This document shows, piece by piece, positions 26,212-41,034 of a DNA stretch of 64,000 nucleotides. Position 1 is the stretch's first letter, and every line of letters starts with the position of its first letter. The notes beneath the pieces were generated by a model. It worked only from the letters and a program-made list of their open reading frames with translations, ran no database searches and was not told the origin of the DNA. Source of the DNA: Octopus vulgaris (taxonomy: Eukaryota); assembly GCA_951406725.2 (NCBI GenBank), contig OX597826.1, positions 45,012,001-45,076,000 of the forward strand, written 5' to 3'. The position numbers were made by a program, and so were the translations under genes.

Positions 26212-26748
26212 AGGGGGTGAGAGATAGATAGAAAGAAATTGAGACAAGGGAGAGAGAGGGGGGAAGAAGGTGAAAGAAGGTGAAAGAGAAAAGACAGTTT
26301 AAAATCGCTCACAGTGAATTAAAATTGGTTTTCTGTAGATGGAATTTTCAATAATAAAAGAATCTTGAAAACAACATTTTGATAAAATTATATTAAAATT
26401 AGAATTTTCCTGTAAAAGTTACATACTCCCAGCTAATTAATAAGTGGCTATCTTTATTATAGTATAGAGGTGTCTCTTACAGCCACTGTTCTTTGCATTG
26501 CTTTGTGTATTTTTATACACAATCACAACCATATCCTTCTTCGGCACCAAGTAGCCAGTGTCGCGATTTTGTTAATAATTTTAGGTTCCTATAAGTTGAA
26601 CGAACAGAGACTCCTACCCCACTTTTGGACCTACTACATTTGACTCAGCGGTTGCATCGAAAATGCATCAGCTGGAAGGTGAGAAGGCTACACCACCAGT
26701 GCATATACACACAGACAGACACAATCATGAACGTACAAACACTGGACC

Positions 26749-27316
26749 TGTGATAGATACATTACATCCCACTTAGAAGGATATGTCTTCGCTAACCAGG
26801 AAACGGAGACAGCTACTAAATATCTGATAAACAAGAAAATCAAAGTTACCACCAAACCTCCATGCTGTGACAGAAAATGTTTGCTCTGCAATACCAGTGT
26901 GCAATATAACAGCCACATCAAAGGTGGCTGCCCCAAAATGTCCACAAGATAATACCTGCCCTTGAGACATGATATAGTTACAAAGACTAGCTACAGTGGT
27001 ATTCGCAGGACGGATTGCCCTAACGTATACATGTGATAGATACATTACATCCCACTTAGAAGGATATATATTCGCTAACCAGGAAAAGGAGACAGCTACT
27101 AAATATCTGATAAACAAGAAAAACAAAGATACTACCAAATCTCCATGCTGCGACAGAAAATGCTGGCTCTGCTTTACCAGTGTCCAAGATAACAGCCACA
27201 TTACCAGTGGCTACCTTACAATGTCCACAAGATAATACCTGCCCTTGAGACATGGTATACTTACAAAGACTAGCTACAGTGGTATTCGCAGGACGGATTG
27301 CCCTAACGTACACATG
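26749..27316 (+). repeat. 283-bp tandem duplication within the LINE zinc-knuckle region
   Basis: TGTGATAGATACATTAC starts at 26749 and at 27032. Confidence 0.95.
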
Positions 27317-27530
27317 AAAGGCATGTCTCAACCAGCTTGTATTCACACCTTTAAAAACAAGCAACACTCCAACATGAACAGCAATCCGATGCTAACATAA
27401 CAGACCTAATATTGTTCAGTGAGACAGAGAACCGAAGTCAAGTACCGTTTTAGAGGTCAGATGTGAATGCAACCATCAAAACTCCAGGAAAAAGAGAACA
27501 TTTATGATAAATTAATGAGGAACATTCAGC

Positions 27531-27809
27531 CAGTGGCGGACTGGCCAGGTTGCTATATGGCCCCTGCGCCATTAGAATCCGTAAATGGGAGCCCATGTTA
27601 GTATCTAAATGCCCCATTCCCTCAAGTTTGAAAAATTTTTACTCACTCCTGGAAGAATGCATTAATTATTTCAGCTTGCCTGAGTTTGTAGACAGTTGGA
27701 AAGAATACTTTTAACAAAAAAAAAAAAGGAAATTAAATAATAGCATTGTAGTTGCGGGTGGGCCCCCTTATAGTTGGCAACCAATATCATTAGACCTAGT
27801 TCGCCACTG
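27531..27809. mobile_element. hAT-type MITE inserted into the LINE
   Basis: TIRs CAGTGGCGGACTGG / CTAGTTCGCCACTG; imperfect 8-bp TSD CATTCAGC / CTTACAGC. Confidence 0.75.
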
Positions 27810-28609
27810 CTTACAGCTATTGTACCCTGACTCTAAATTCTCATTTGTACCTATAATTATAGGTACAAATCCAAGAAATGCAAAAACCTAGAAATACAAG
27901 GTTTTTCGAAGACTGAGCAAGAGAAACTCACGAAGATTCTCCTAATTCAATCTTTTAGGAGTACTTTGAAAATTTGTAAGACATTCCAAAGATTCTCCAT
28001 AGGAGAGCCTTTAGATGAATAGATGCATACGCTTGAGTAAGTGTATCAACAGCCCAACCAACACACCAACTCAACCACGTGTTTACAAACAGGGAAATCT
28101 CTTAACTCAAAAAAAGTATTGTCGCTTTCTTAGCGAACGGCTTGAATTGTCTTATGAAGAAAGTAAATAAAGCTCAAAGAAAACATACATGCATACATAC
28201 ATACACGGCAAATTATGTCTGCCTACGCAGAAGCAATTTATGGCATGTAAATAACTGTCAGGAATGCGTCACCAATATTAGTGATCATGCTATTGTGGCA
28301 ATGTAGCTAGCAGTGTAAGAGATTGCGATGTTGATAGAAACTAAATCAGCTTATGGAGCTGCCCACGGTTAGATTATGTAAACGATGACCACCGTTTACA
28401 ACAATCCATGGTATTTAATAAATTTTTATTAATGCGTACAAGTAATGACGGATTAAAATGTAGAGGTTGATTCTCTCTTTCTCTCGATCTTTCTGTCTGT
28501 CTGTCTGTCTGTCCGTCTGTCTCTCTCACAGACACGCGTACACACATGCACACGCACACATAGATACACAGACACACACTGATAAACTCAAACAAATACA
28601 CATACATGC

Positions 28610-28644
<35 letters not shown>

Positions 28645-28887
28645 CATACATACGTACACACACACATATATTAAACAAACGAAAGAAAGGTACTCAACAC
28701 CCGGTATTTTTCAATTACCAACATCAAACTATGATCTCACGTGATCTTTCTCGACCAATCGCAGGCTAACGCCCAGTTGTAAACGTTGACTATCTTCACT
28801 CGGACTTTTATTCAAACTCAATGGTCGAAAACTAGCGACACGCTTGTAACTCAGAGTACCAAAGAGTTTGAATCAAACTGTTTTGAT

Positions 28888-28938
<51 letters not shown>

Positions 28939-29594
28939 CACATATATGTGTACATATATATATATATACATCCAAACACACACACACATACGCACCCACA
29001 TGCATAGGGTATTTAATTTAAGTTGCCTAATTTACATGCACAATTCTACATGGCTGTGTTAAGTTTGCTTCTTTCCCAAACTGAAAGACACTAGAAATAA
29101 GTGTCACATTTTTAGAAATTTGGATCGATTTACTTCACTAACATCCCGCAAGGCAGACGTCAAGCACGGCTCCGTTCTTATGGCTGAAACAAGTAAAAGA
29201 CATATACGTATGTATGTATGTATGTATGTATGTATGTATGTATGTATGTATGTATGTATGTATGTATGTATGTATGTATGTATATATGTGTGTATGTTGT
29301 TAGTATGTATGTATGTACGTACGTACACATGTATGTATTGCATGAGTGTGTGTATTCATTTATTTATGTATGTATGCATGTATGGTATTTAATTAATTAG
29401 ACGTAATGATGGATTAAAATATATTAGTGTATTTAGTAATATATGCATATGTATGTATACATATACATATATAGACCCACATACATAAATACATACACAG
29501 ACACAAACACATATATATATATATATATACAGTCACGCTTACATACACACTTTATACGTACTTGTATGCATATACATATACATATATATAAGTA

Positions 29595-29647
<53 letters not shown>

Positions 29648-32106
29648 AGAGAGAGAGAGAGAGACCGACAGACAGACAGGCAGACAGAGACATGAATATA
29701 CTTGTTAATTATATTTAATTCCTACTAAACGCCATTGCTTTCTCTGAAAACAGATTATGCAGAATTACAATTTAACAATTAAAAACAAACTTGTTAACAC
29801 CTATGAACATCAAAATACATTTCAGTTAAGGACGATTCTCAACTTTGAACTTGAAGACACTTTTTAAAGGAATTTTCTAAGCCAAACCGGCGCTACATAT
29901 ATTTGACAAGTGTTAAACTGGCATTTCCTGAATCTTTATTTATCACATAAGTTTTAATTAGATTCAGTGCTGCCACTCTCTGGAAATAACGACAAAAAGC
30001 TGAATTTCAAGATAGTAAAGGCATTAGCTTGGAAATTAGATTCTAAATCTACGTAAATGAAATCGTATAGAGATTCAAAGAGAGAAATTAAATCTGCTAA
30101 GCTTACTGTTCATACCATGTACGGACATTGAGTAATGTTCTCTTCCCAGGCACTGAAAAGATAAATTATCGATCCTGCCTCTCTGTACTCACCTCATTGA
30201 TTGCCACACGTTTCAGAAATATTAATGAATGCTAGCATTCATAAAAATAGAATTAATTGCCATGTTCTAAATTTCTTGACAGTTTTTTTGCTATGTTTTG
30301 ATTTCGTTGTGCTTTTTTAATATTTTTTTGTTTTACCTTGGAGCCTTTCTGGTGAGATATGATCAATTTCTTTTGTTTTCATTGATCTGCAAAACAAGTT
30401 TAATTATCCTTCGATTAGATCCGTCTTTTCATCAGCACAACGAGGAATAATAAAGAGACAAAAAAAGAAATTTATATTTTTTGTTTGTTTTCGAATTTCA
30501 ATAGAGTTTTCTTTAAGTAATTCTTCGCTGCTAAAAACTGAACCGTCCCTGTGGTTTAAATAAATTTATTTCTATACATTTTTTTTTTATCATTTTGTAA
30601 TCGTCTTTATCTTATTTAAATTTGATTAATTCAAACGTTCAGCAAGAAAGGTTCACTCCAGTAAATAAATGAATGAACTCTCTACTCAAATATACATTTC
30701 AATGTCATTTCAACGATATATGGAAATTCTTCGGATTCATCATGTTTTATTGATAGAAGACTCCATTATTGTAAAAACAGCAAAAATGCAGAAATAAAAA
30801 AATGGCTAAAAGGAGAAAAAAATATATACGTTTATGAAAAAAAAATGAATAAATGAAAATAAAATTAAAAAACTCTCATAACCTCGTTGGGAATTAGCAT
30901 TTGTTTGCTTCCAAAATTCCAATACAGCCTCGTGTATTTGGATTTAACGTGGAAATACATAGCATTAATGCACAATGGATGCATGATATAATGAATGTGT
31001 GAAAATACAAAGAGCTGTTAAGATCTGTATGAGATCTTATACAACAAACAATAGAATATGTATTTTATTCTTTATCTAGTAAATTTTATGGAAAATTATC
31101 GTATGGATTACATGCCGAATCAGTTTATTCAAAATATGCAGGAAAATAATTGCCATGAGGGAATATTTGCTACGATTCAGGCAACGGTAAATAAAAGAAT
31201 GGGTTATGGGTCTCTTGGGTTATAGAATAGATAATTAAAAACAGAGCCTCATTAGAATATATGCAACTCATTTGAAACTGTCAAAACTATTGGCAAATGT
31301 ATGCAAAAATTTCGAGATATTTTTCATAATCGACCATTATTTTATTGCAGGCAAATAATAGAGAAAGATGTTGAATTTTAGGAAATTTATTCTGATGAAA
31401 TGGAAAAGAATACTGAGTTATTGATTTACAACGAACTATAACATAGAAGGAACTATCGATAATTATTCTACATAAAGAAATATCAATACATTGATCAAAC
31501 TTACAACTATTTCATTGGAAACAAGATTCCCCTAGAGGCCTTTCACGCTCTCTAACATATTAAATTTCCTTTCGGTGTAATAGACAAATATTCTTTAGAA
31601 AAAAACTTACAAACAACATATTTTCCTTCTACATATTAGCGACCATTTTGGAACTGAAATTCATCAGGCTGATTATTTTTTTTCTCCCTTCACCACAGTT
31701 ATTTTAGCAGAATACACCTGCGATGTGTTACACATATTTAGAAATTATATTAATAATTTATCAGTCTTACTTCAGCCGTTCTTATTCTTGTAATTCAATC
31801 AACTTACAGGTAGGGTGTGGAATATCTGGGGACTTTTGATTGAATATAATTTCAGGTCTAACTCTCCGTCCATCCAGTTTCACTATAAAGAAAACTTACT
31901 AAAAAAAAAAGTTTTACATCAGAAATATCATTTCTCGTTTAGATTGGTGCAATTACTGTATAACCAGCCAATCAAAGAAAGGTAACAAAATTATTTTATG
32001 TAAAGTTCTGAAGTTATATGTAAATGGATATATGCATGTATATAAGTATATATGTTCGTAAGTACATGTATAAATATATATAAACATATATATATAAGTA
32101 CATATA

Positions 32107-32206
<100 letters not shown>

Positions 32207-32236
32207 TATGTATATATATATATATGTACATATATA

Positions 32237-32657
<421 letters not shown>

Positions 32658-32907
32658 TTGGGTTGGTGCATAATTATTCCGGCTTTTTTTCAACAATTTT
32701 TATTCAACAAAAGCAATAACATATGTAACAAAAACATCTTTAAATGATTATTCCGGAGCATATTGACCATCTACTGCAATTACTGCTTTCCATTTGCTTG
32801 GAAAACGGTTAGACCGTCATTTAGAAATATTTTTGTTAAATATTGTTATTGTGTTTGTTGAATAAAATTTGTTGAAAAAAAAGCCGAAATAATTATGCAG
32901 TAACTCA

Positions 32908-32908
<1 letters not shown>
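32658..32908 (-). mobile_element. Mariner-derived MITE with long TIRs
   Basis: TA-TTGGGTTGGTGCATAATTATT / AATAATTATGCAGTAACTCAG-TA; internal relic PSKWKAVIAVDGQYAPE*. Confidence 0.75.
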
Positions 32909-32952
<44 letters not shown>

Positions 32953-33221
32953 AGTGTGTGTGGAGGGGTGTATGTGTGTGTGTGTGTATGTTGTGTGTGA
33001 CTGTGTGTCTGTGTATCTGTGGATTTTGTATTCCCTAGTCTTGAACGACTGTTGTTGATTTCTCTATGTTCATATTAATTTCTTGTTAAAAGACACCGTT
33101 GAATAAGTACCAGACTCAGAATATGTTCTGGGGTTGATGCATCCTACTAACTGTAAAGGGCAGTGCATTGAAGTACGTAAAAGGTGGGCCCACACGTGCA
33201 TACACACACTTACACAATATA

Positions 33222-33357
33222 CGAAGGGCGTATGAAAAGTTTTGAGCCTTGAAGGCCTTTGAGCTTTCAAGGCCTTTCAGCCGTCAAGTTTTGTACCTTC
33301 ACCAGAAGTCTTGTGCCATGTTTTTTTTTAGTCTCAAGACTTTTTATACACTCCTCG
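33222..33357. mobile_element. Small mariner-type MITE
   Basis: TA-CGAAGGGCGTATGAAAAGTTTTGAG / CTCAAGACTTTTTATACACTCCTCG-TA. Confidence 0.7.
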
Positions 33358-34038
33358 TATTTAATTAAATCAATTTACAACATGTTTATCAATTAATTAC
33401 ATTAGTGTATACTGTACAATATCATTTATATAATCTGCTGATTATGCACGATTGGTAAAAATAATTCCATTTTACTTCTATATAATCACGGACCCACACA
33501 TCATCTTAGAATGTTACACTCATAAATTTGTTATATCTAAATTCCAAGAGAATCATCTCTTTCTTTTTTGTTTTGTTTTTGTTTGTTGTTTTTTATTGTC
33601 ACTATACAGGAACATTGTAGATGAAGCAATTTTTCTCGCTAAGACAACATACAAAATCTCAATTGGTTTAGGAAGCTGAACATAATTTTTTCCATTTTTC
33701 ATATACAACAGAGAGATACTACTCCTAACACTGGTATAAAGTCTAACACGCTCAACGTTTCAATATGTATAAAATGTAGAGATACCTAGTTTTGCTTGAA
33801 TCCTTCACCTATTATCGCACTGTTTTATTCGTATCACTGAAAGTTTATCCTAACGTTGTATATATTACCCAATAAAAACTAGCAGAGAGTTTGACAATTT
33901 TATTTGGACTATCTCCTGTAAAAAAAAAAGAAAAAAAAACATATTTTAGAACGAAATCAATAGATGTAACCTAGAATATTATGAACCTTATCTGTCTTCA
34001 AACTGTCTTTAAATTTGTTCTACCCACCCATTACAGGA

Positions 34039-34240
34039 GTGGAGACACATGGCCTAGTGACTCGCGGTCGAGGGATCGCGGGTTCGAATCTCAGACCGGG
34101 CGATGTGTGTGTTTATGAGCGAAACACCTAGGCTCCACGCGGCGCCGGCAGAAGGTAATGGCGACCTTCTACTGACTCTTTCCCCACACTCTTTCCTCCT
34201 GCATCTCGCAGCTCACCTGCTACGGAACGGCCTGCAGACG
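34039..34240 (+). mobile_element. OR-type SINE, 3'-truncated
   Basis: Homologous to 18075-18377. Confidence 0.8.
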
Positions 34241-34329
34241 AGTTTAAGGTTGACGTGCCTACTAAACAGAGCCCCCACCGCCCGGTTATCGTTGCAGGTA
34301 AACGCTACTTGATCGCGTGGCTACGCATC

Positions 34330-35340
34330 AGAAGCCACTACATATCTAAGCCGCCACTCAGGGGATGGTGGCAGCAGACTAGCCTCATGGCCGTTGAAAT
34401 GAGCCCCTTTCACAAGAAATTAAATAAGAGACGCTCCAATCTGGTCAAGCGTTAACCGACGATGGGCTCGACGATAACTAATGACAGATGTGATGTAGGC
34501 ATATGCCACCTCTGCCCGACCCGTCAGTGACAGCTTCATTTCAGCTCATATTTGGCTAATATTCGCTATCCTGTTCATCACCTCGTCCCAATTTTTATCT
34601 ACAAAGAAATCAGAACTGAACCAGGCGTCCAGCAGTTCAACTGGTCCATCAGTCCAGCGTCCAACGACGCCGTATGACAGCATTGTTCTGCCTTTCCATG
34701 TGTCCAGTCGCAAGCCCACTAACTTGTCGGCGTTGATGTTTGGCCTCTGCAATCATTTCCTATTCCTTTAAAATGATGCCGATCATCTGCACTTCGGAGA
34801 CGTCCGACACCATGACAGTGACTTCATCTGCGAAAGCTGACACTACCTTCCCATGACCCCGTTCGAAAGGGATGCCCCTCAGCTATTCCGATTTCCGCAG
34901 CAATGGCTCGATAACCAGCACAGCTCTTCTGCAGCGAAGCTCTCGCCGGATGCCATTCAAAACCTATAACTTTTCGCTGTAGTGATTCAAGCGCGAGTAT
35001 GTACAAACGAGGTGAGAGTGATAGTGGTGGTGATGGGCAACCTTGGTTGACCGAATGCAAGATACTGAACCAATCCGATAGATCTGACCAACGAGCTGAC
35101 GTTGATTGCAGTGGTCTAATCTCTGGAGACTGGGTTAAAACCAGCCGCCATTAGAACAGATACAAGTATTGATGGTTAATCCTATCTAAATTAATTTGGG
35201 CTCCACAAATTTCTTACCCAGTATTTCTATGATGTAATTCGTGAAATGAAAGATGCTCGTGTATAGATGTGTTTGGGGTGTCACATATTTGTGTCGCACC
35301 TACCAGAGTATCGACAAGCTCCAGTCTCTTATTTAGCACC
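34330..35340 (-). mobile_element. Decayed L1/Tx1-clade reverse transcriptase
   Basis: Peptides INLD..RINHQYL, SVNQGCP..LSPRLYILALE, AFADEVTV, DGPVELLDAWF. Confidence 0.75.
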
Positions 35341-35746
35341 TTAGCCAAAAACTTGAACTCTCCATTCAGGAAATGCTTTTAATTTTGGCATAATGTCAAC
35401 AATTTTCAAGGTTTTATGTAAATAGATGACATCAGCCCCACTACTTACTTGACTGGTACTTTCTCTTATCGACCCCGGACAGATGAAACACAAAGTCGAT
35501 GTCCGCAAGATTTGAACTCAGGATATAAAGAGACGAAACAAATAACACAAAGGTTTTTTTTTTTTAATGCTTTAACTATCCTGCCAGCTCGCTGCCTTCT
35601 CAATGGTTACTGTTTGAGATACAAATCCAACAATTTTCAGAGCAAGGCAAGGTATTTGTCAATACCAGCGGCTCCAGTACTGCAATGGGGATTTATTTTC
35701 TGAACCCCGAAAAGATTGTAACAACAACAACAATAACAATAATAAC

Positions 35747-35798
<52 letters not shown>

Positions 35799-36759
35799 TT
35801 TGTATTTTCCCAATTGTTAAATACAACTAGATTGCCAGTATAAAGTATATTGTATTTGTTTACACAAGACATATTTACGATAATACCATCCTGATAAAAG
35901 TCGATGATAACTCTGTTAAAATCTCGTTACTTCGGTACACTAAGCATTGCCATTACCCGATAAATAGCGATGTAGTTAAAATATATAAGATTGCCAAGAT
36001 ATCACATGTGGATAGCAGTAAGTAGGGAGCGGACTGGACTGTATTGTTCACACAATTAAAACTTATGTATTGAAGCATGAATTATACTAAAACAGCTTCA
36101 GATAACAGCTTAAAACGGAGGTTAGGAGACCACCTCCAGGTTGTGAAAACAAATCCTTGGAGATGACACATTCTTCTGTTGTGAAAGGAGTAAAAATAAA
36201 AATTCTTGTTTTAGAGTAATGATGCTTAGGGCTATCTAACTTCCTTTCTGTTTGTCAGTATGGTTAGCTCTGTTTTCCATTCTCTCTGTTTTCCATTCTC
36301 TCTCTCTCTCTCTCTCTCGCTCTCTCTCAGTGTATTTATGCGTGTTTGTGTAGTGCATACACATATATACATATGTAAATACATATATACATGTACGTAT
36401 ATATAAACAAAGTTATACATATATATACACAAGCGTGTGTGCGCATACACACACATGTATCACGCCTTCTTTCTCAGCTTCTCCGGATTTCTTTTTTTTT
36501 TGTATAGATATAACATAAACACAAATAATTGTGTGTATATTTGCGTGTGTGTATATGCACGTACTTCAATACATACATAAGAACGACGTGGTTGTGTGGT
36601 AAGAAGCTACTAACTACCCACATAGTTATGGGTTCAGTCCCACTGCACGGCACCTTATATATAAATATAGTTAGAAAAAAAAAGCTAGAAATTAAAGTAG
36701 ATAGACAGACAGACAGATAGACAAATAAATAGATACATTGATTTATTCGAATAAACGAA

Positions 36760-36812
<53 letters not shown>

Positions 36813-38947
36813 GATAGATAGAGAGAGAGAGAGAGAAAGAGAGAGAGAGCGAGAAAGAGGCCACTCCCTGTGTTATTTAGTACGTATTTGTGTAACTAGT
36901 TTAGACAAATATTTAATTTTGTATACTTAACGCTTCACTTGTTTGATTCAATCCTTTCATATACTTTTTTGAAAACCGCATTTTATCATTATCTACACAT
37001 TTATGAATGCAAATAATACATGTGTTTTATTATATGTTAATGTTTGTGTGTTTAAGGAGTCTTTGTGTGTTTGAATATGTATGCTTAGGCGTGGAATGAC
37101 CCATATAAAAGAGAAGTTACTGGGGAAAAGAGAAAAAAAAAATTCAAGGCTGACCTTGAGTCAACATTACGATGAGTCATCCATGACTAGAGGAAGAGTA
37201 AAACTAGAAATTAGAGAAGAATTTTGTATAAGAATGGGATGGTAGACAAAAAAGAAATGCAAAGGAATAAACACATGAGGACTATCTACAGGATTATATG
37301 TCATACACTTCAAGTGTACTACCAATGCGAAGGAAAAACATTAATAAACCAGAGGTGAATTTAGCTGTGCATTGGAAGTAAAAAGTCGGTGAGTTGGTCG
37401 GATCGTTATCACGTCCCGCCAAAAAGCTTAGAGGTGTTTCTTTCGTCCGTTTACATTGTATGTTCAAATTCCGCCGATGTTAATTTTGCCTTTCCTTCCC
37501 TGGCAGTCAATAAAGTAAAGTGCCGGTTAATTATTAGGGTAGACGTAATTGATCTTTGCCCTTCCCTCAAAATTCCTGCTCCTTGAACACTAAAGCGGAC
37601 CGGTGTCACGTTCAGAATAAAATTTTCTGATTTCAGTAATTTAAGCACCATGGAAATGGAAACCGTTTAACCAGCCTTATGAATCTCAGGGTTCAAGAAA
37701 AATGACAAAAATAAAAAGAATGGAAGAATAGAAGTTCTTCCAAGGTAAGTTCAAAAACTTCAAGAAAGCGGTTCATAAGTAGCAGAGAAATAAATTCAAA
37801 AGTTGGTGGAACTTTCGAATTAAAGGACCTAATATTATGGTAGAAAGTATTAATATTGAAAGAGATCTTGTGGAAATTACAGCAAATCACGACCAGCCCG
37901 CTTATAATTTAATCCTGATATAATTGTTGTTGCTATTTGACTTTAATTTGGCACTGAAAAATAATCATTTCTTTACGCTTTAGTTGAGATTCAGAATTTA
38001 ATTCTTCAACCACTAACCAGTAAATATTCTTCCGCCTTTAAGCAAGTTCAGTTAAACCCATCAAGTCATCAAACCATCTCAACAATTTACTACGAAAATG
38101 AGTAGCTTATTTTAACCTGTTATTTGCCTGTTATTCAAATCAATAACTTTACTATTACCTTTCCTTGGCCGTTGAAGAACATCGACAATATAACTGTCAA
38201 ACAAAATAATTTCATATCCGTAATCTTTTTTTTACTCCAATTATTATTTCATTGGAAATTATTTCAATGTGTAGTTATGGCTGTAAACACACTGTTGCTG
38301 ACAGGTGTGTTATCAGAGAGCCAAATACCTACTAGCCATCAGATAATTTGATCAACGAAGTACCTGTCAAATTGAAATACTTTTGCAATGTAACATCTTG
38401 TTAACACACTCATTTATCAAACATGTGTTATAATTTAGACAACAATTTTCACTTCTCTGATTATTTGAATTTCAGTTTGAGCCAGTTTCCTTCAGACATT
38501 TCCATCAAGCCAAATTGATGTCCGAAATGTAAACGTCATTTATAAAATTAAGATTTATTTATAAACCGCAATATCCGAACAGCTATCTTGGATTTGCGTT
38601 CCGTGTTCGATCTTTATTTAGATGCTGACTAACGAATTTATCAGCCACTTTTATCTGAAAAGTTGATTCCAGCGCTCGAGCAAATAAAATGCGTAACAAA
38701 AATCTCTGCTCTATTCGTTTAGCAATGTCTTTATCGTTTATCATTTACCTCTTCCATTTTTTCTTCGGTCATTAGACTGTGATTATGCTTGGCCACTCTC
38801 ACCCCATTTTCTCGGTCCTTCAAACTGAAGCATTAAAGTTGGTGGTGTCTAAATAAACTAGCATCAGTTATCAAGCTTTCAAGGAACAAACACAATTACA
38901 CACACACATATATATGCTAAAGACTACCACACACACACACTCATACA

Positions 38948-39052
<105 letters not shown>

Positions 39053-39414
39053 GACGGACTTCCATGCACTTTCTGTATACCTAATTCCCGTAAATGCATA
39101 AGTCAGTCCGGGTCTTAAGCAGAGGACATTTACTCAAGATGCCACGTGCGGGGACTGAACCTGAATCCACGTAGCTCCACAGCGAGTTTGTTAACCACGC
39201 AGTCATGCATTCATTCGCCTATACCTTAGACTATTGACCTATGAAGCTTTCAGTCTCTTTGACCTCTAAAACTGATAGCAGTATGTTAGGTTCTGATTTT
39301 TAATTGTCCTTGAGCCATAGGACTTATAATGACGGTTACTCAGTTTTAATGGTGTTTAATGACCGAAATCATAACATTCCCCTAAACTGGGCGTCGGTCC
39401 GTTACAGAGCTCCA

Positions 39415-40680
39415 AGCCAGCAATTTTTTGCGGGAGGAAAACAAGTCGATTGCACCGATTCCATTACTTGACTGGTACTTTATTTTATCGACCCCGAAGG
39501 TGACCTCGATGGGATTTGAACTCAAAACGTAAAGGACCTGAAGAAATAACACTAAGTACTTTGTCCGATATGCTTTAGCTTACCGGACTACCAACTTACT
39601 GCGTTAGGGGTTAATATTGGTTTCAAACTTCTGCACAAGGTCAGCAATTTCAAGAGTAGGGAACCATCGATTACATCAGCCCCAGTGTTCAGCTAGTACT
39701 TCTTTTATTGACCCCGAAGTCACTAGGTAGAGACAGACAAAATGCCGGCTAGTATTTTGTCCGATATGCTAAAAATTCTGTCTGTTCATCGTCTTAGATA
39801 CTCTTCTACTTGTTTCAGTCATTTAACTGCGGCCATGCTGGAGCACTGCCTTTAGTCGAGAAAATCGACCCCAGGACTTATTCTTTGGAAGCCTAGTACT
39901 TATTCTATGGGTCTCTTTTGCCGAACCGCTAAGTTACGGGGTCGTAAACACACCAGCATCGGTTGTCAAGTGATGTTGGGGGACAAACACAGACACAGAA
40001 ACATATACACATACACACACACACACACACGCACATATATATAGATACATATATACGACGGGCTTCTTTCAGTTTCCGTCTACCAAATCCACTCACAAGG
40101 CTTTGGTCGGCCCGAGGCTATAGTAGAAGACACTCGCCCAAGGTGCCATGCAGGGGGAATGAGCCCGGAACCATGTGGTTAGTAAGCAAGCTACTTACCA
40201 CACAGCCACTCCTGCACCTAACATTAGATACTAATATTGTTTGACTCAAGGCCAGCAATTTTTAGGGGAAGGTGTTAAGTTGATTACACCGACCTCAGTA
40301 ACTGACTAGTACTTTATTATCAACTCCGAAGAGAGCAAAGACAAAACTGAACTCGGCGGAAATCGAACTCAAGACGTAAAGAGCTAGAAGTAAAGCTGCT
40401 ATGCAATTTGTCCGACATGCTAAATACTACCAGCTCGCTGCGTTAGGCTTTAATATTGTTTCAAATTTTGGCACGAGGATAGCAAATTTTTGAGCAGGGT
40501 ATAATTCGGTTTACATCGAACCCAGTACCTGGTGGTATTTTATTTTGTAGCCCCAGAAAATATCGAAGTCAAATATGGCTTCGGCAAGATTTGAAGTCAA
40601 ATCGTAAAGAGCCAGAAAATACGCTGCTAAGCATTTTCTCGGATATGCTAATGAGTGAGCCAGCTCACAACGTAAGGTAC
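39415..40680 (-). repeat. Old head-to-tail array of four decayed Meta-like SINE units, interrupted by a younger SINE
   Basis: Units near 39415, 39630, 40245 and 40465 with shared linker GCGTTAGG..TTAATATTG. Confidence 0.6.
39803..40223 (-). mobile_element. Abundant octopus SINE with 9-bp TSD
   Basis: TTAGATACT at 39794-39802 and 40224-40232. Confidence 0.9.
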
Positions 40681-41034
40681 TAATATGCTTAAAATAAATC
40701 TCAGTTGTGTTCATTTAGTGACAAAGAAATTATTTAACACTGCACCATTTACTTAGAAGGATTAAAATCTCATGTATTAGCTAAAGAATTAGTTGGAAAG
40801 ACATATTCTTTAAACATCTATTTTATTATTCATTAAATTTATCTGTCCTTTCAAATCTAATCCCCTTCATATACTCGTTAATTAATTATATGGTTTTAAT
40901 ACTAATATAATGCTTCATTAAGAAGCTCTCGGTTTTAGAATTATATTGAATTCTTAGATAATTTTTTTCTGTTTTTAGGAGTATGATTGTTTTTTTATAA
41001 TGCGTTGGCATTCTACGGCAAATCTTCAGTTTCA

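Larger units (their letters stand above)
26700..28180 (+). mobile_element. 3' end of a restriction-like-endonuclease LINE (R4/Dong/NeSL-like), decayed
   Basis: CCHC knuckle KCLLC...SHIKGGCPKM...YLPLRHDIV, then HNRPNIV, EKENIYDKL, FSFVPIIIG, STLKICKTF. Confidence 0.75.

Noticed and set aside
26470-26560. piggyBac-like peptide LVPKKDMVVIV on minus
   Set aside because: Too short to support a call
28737-28765. TCACGTGA E-box plus CCAAT, promoter-like
   Set aside because: No associated transcription unit visible; such motifs are expected by chance
31385-31415. CTGATGA...GAAA
   Set aside because: No stem II or helix III can form
37690-37744. Possible 55-nt exon (cag|...AAG|gtaagt; FKKNDKNKKNGRIEVLP)
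   Set aside because: Weak acceptor, no partner exons and no homology recognised
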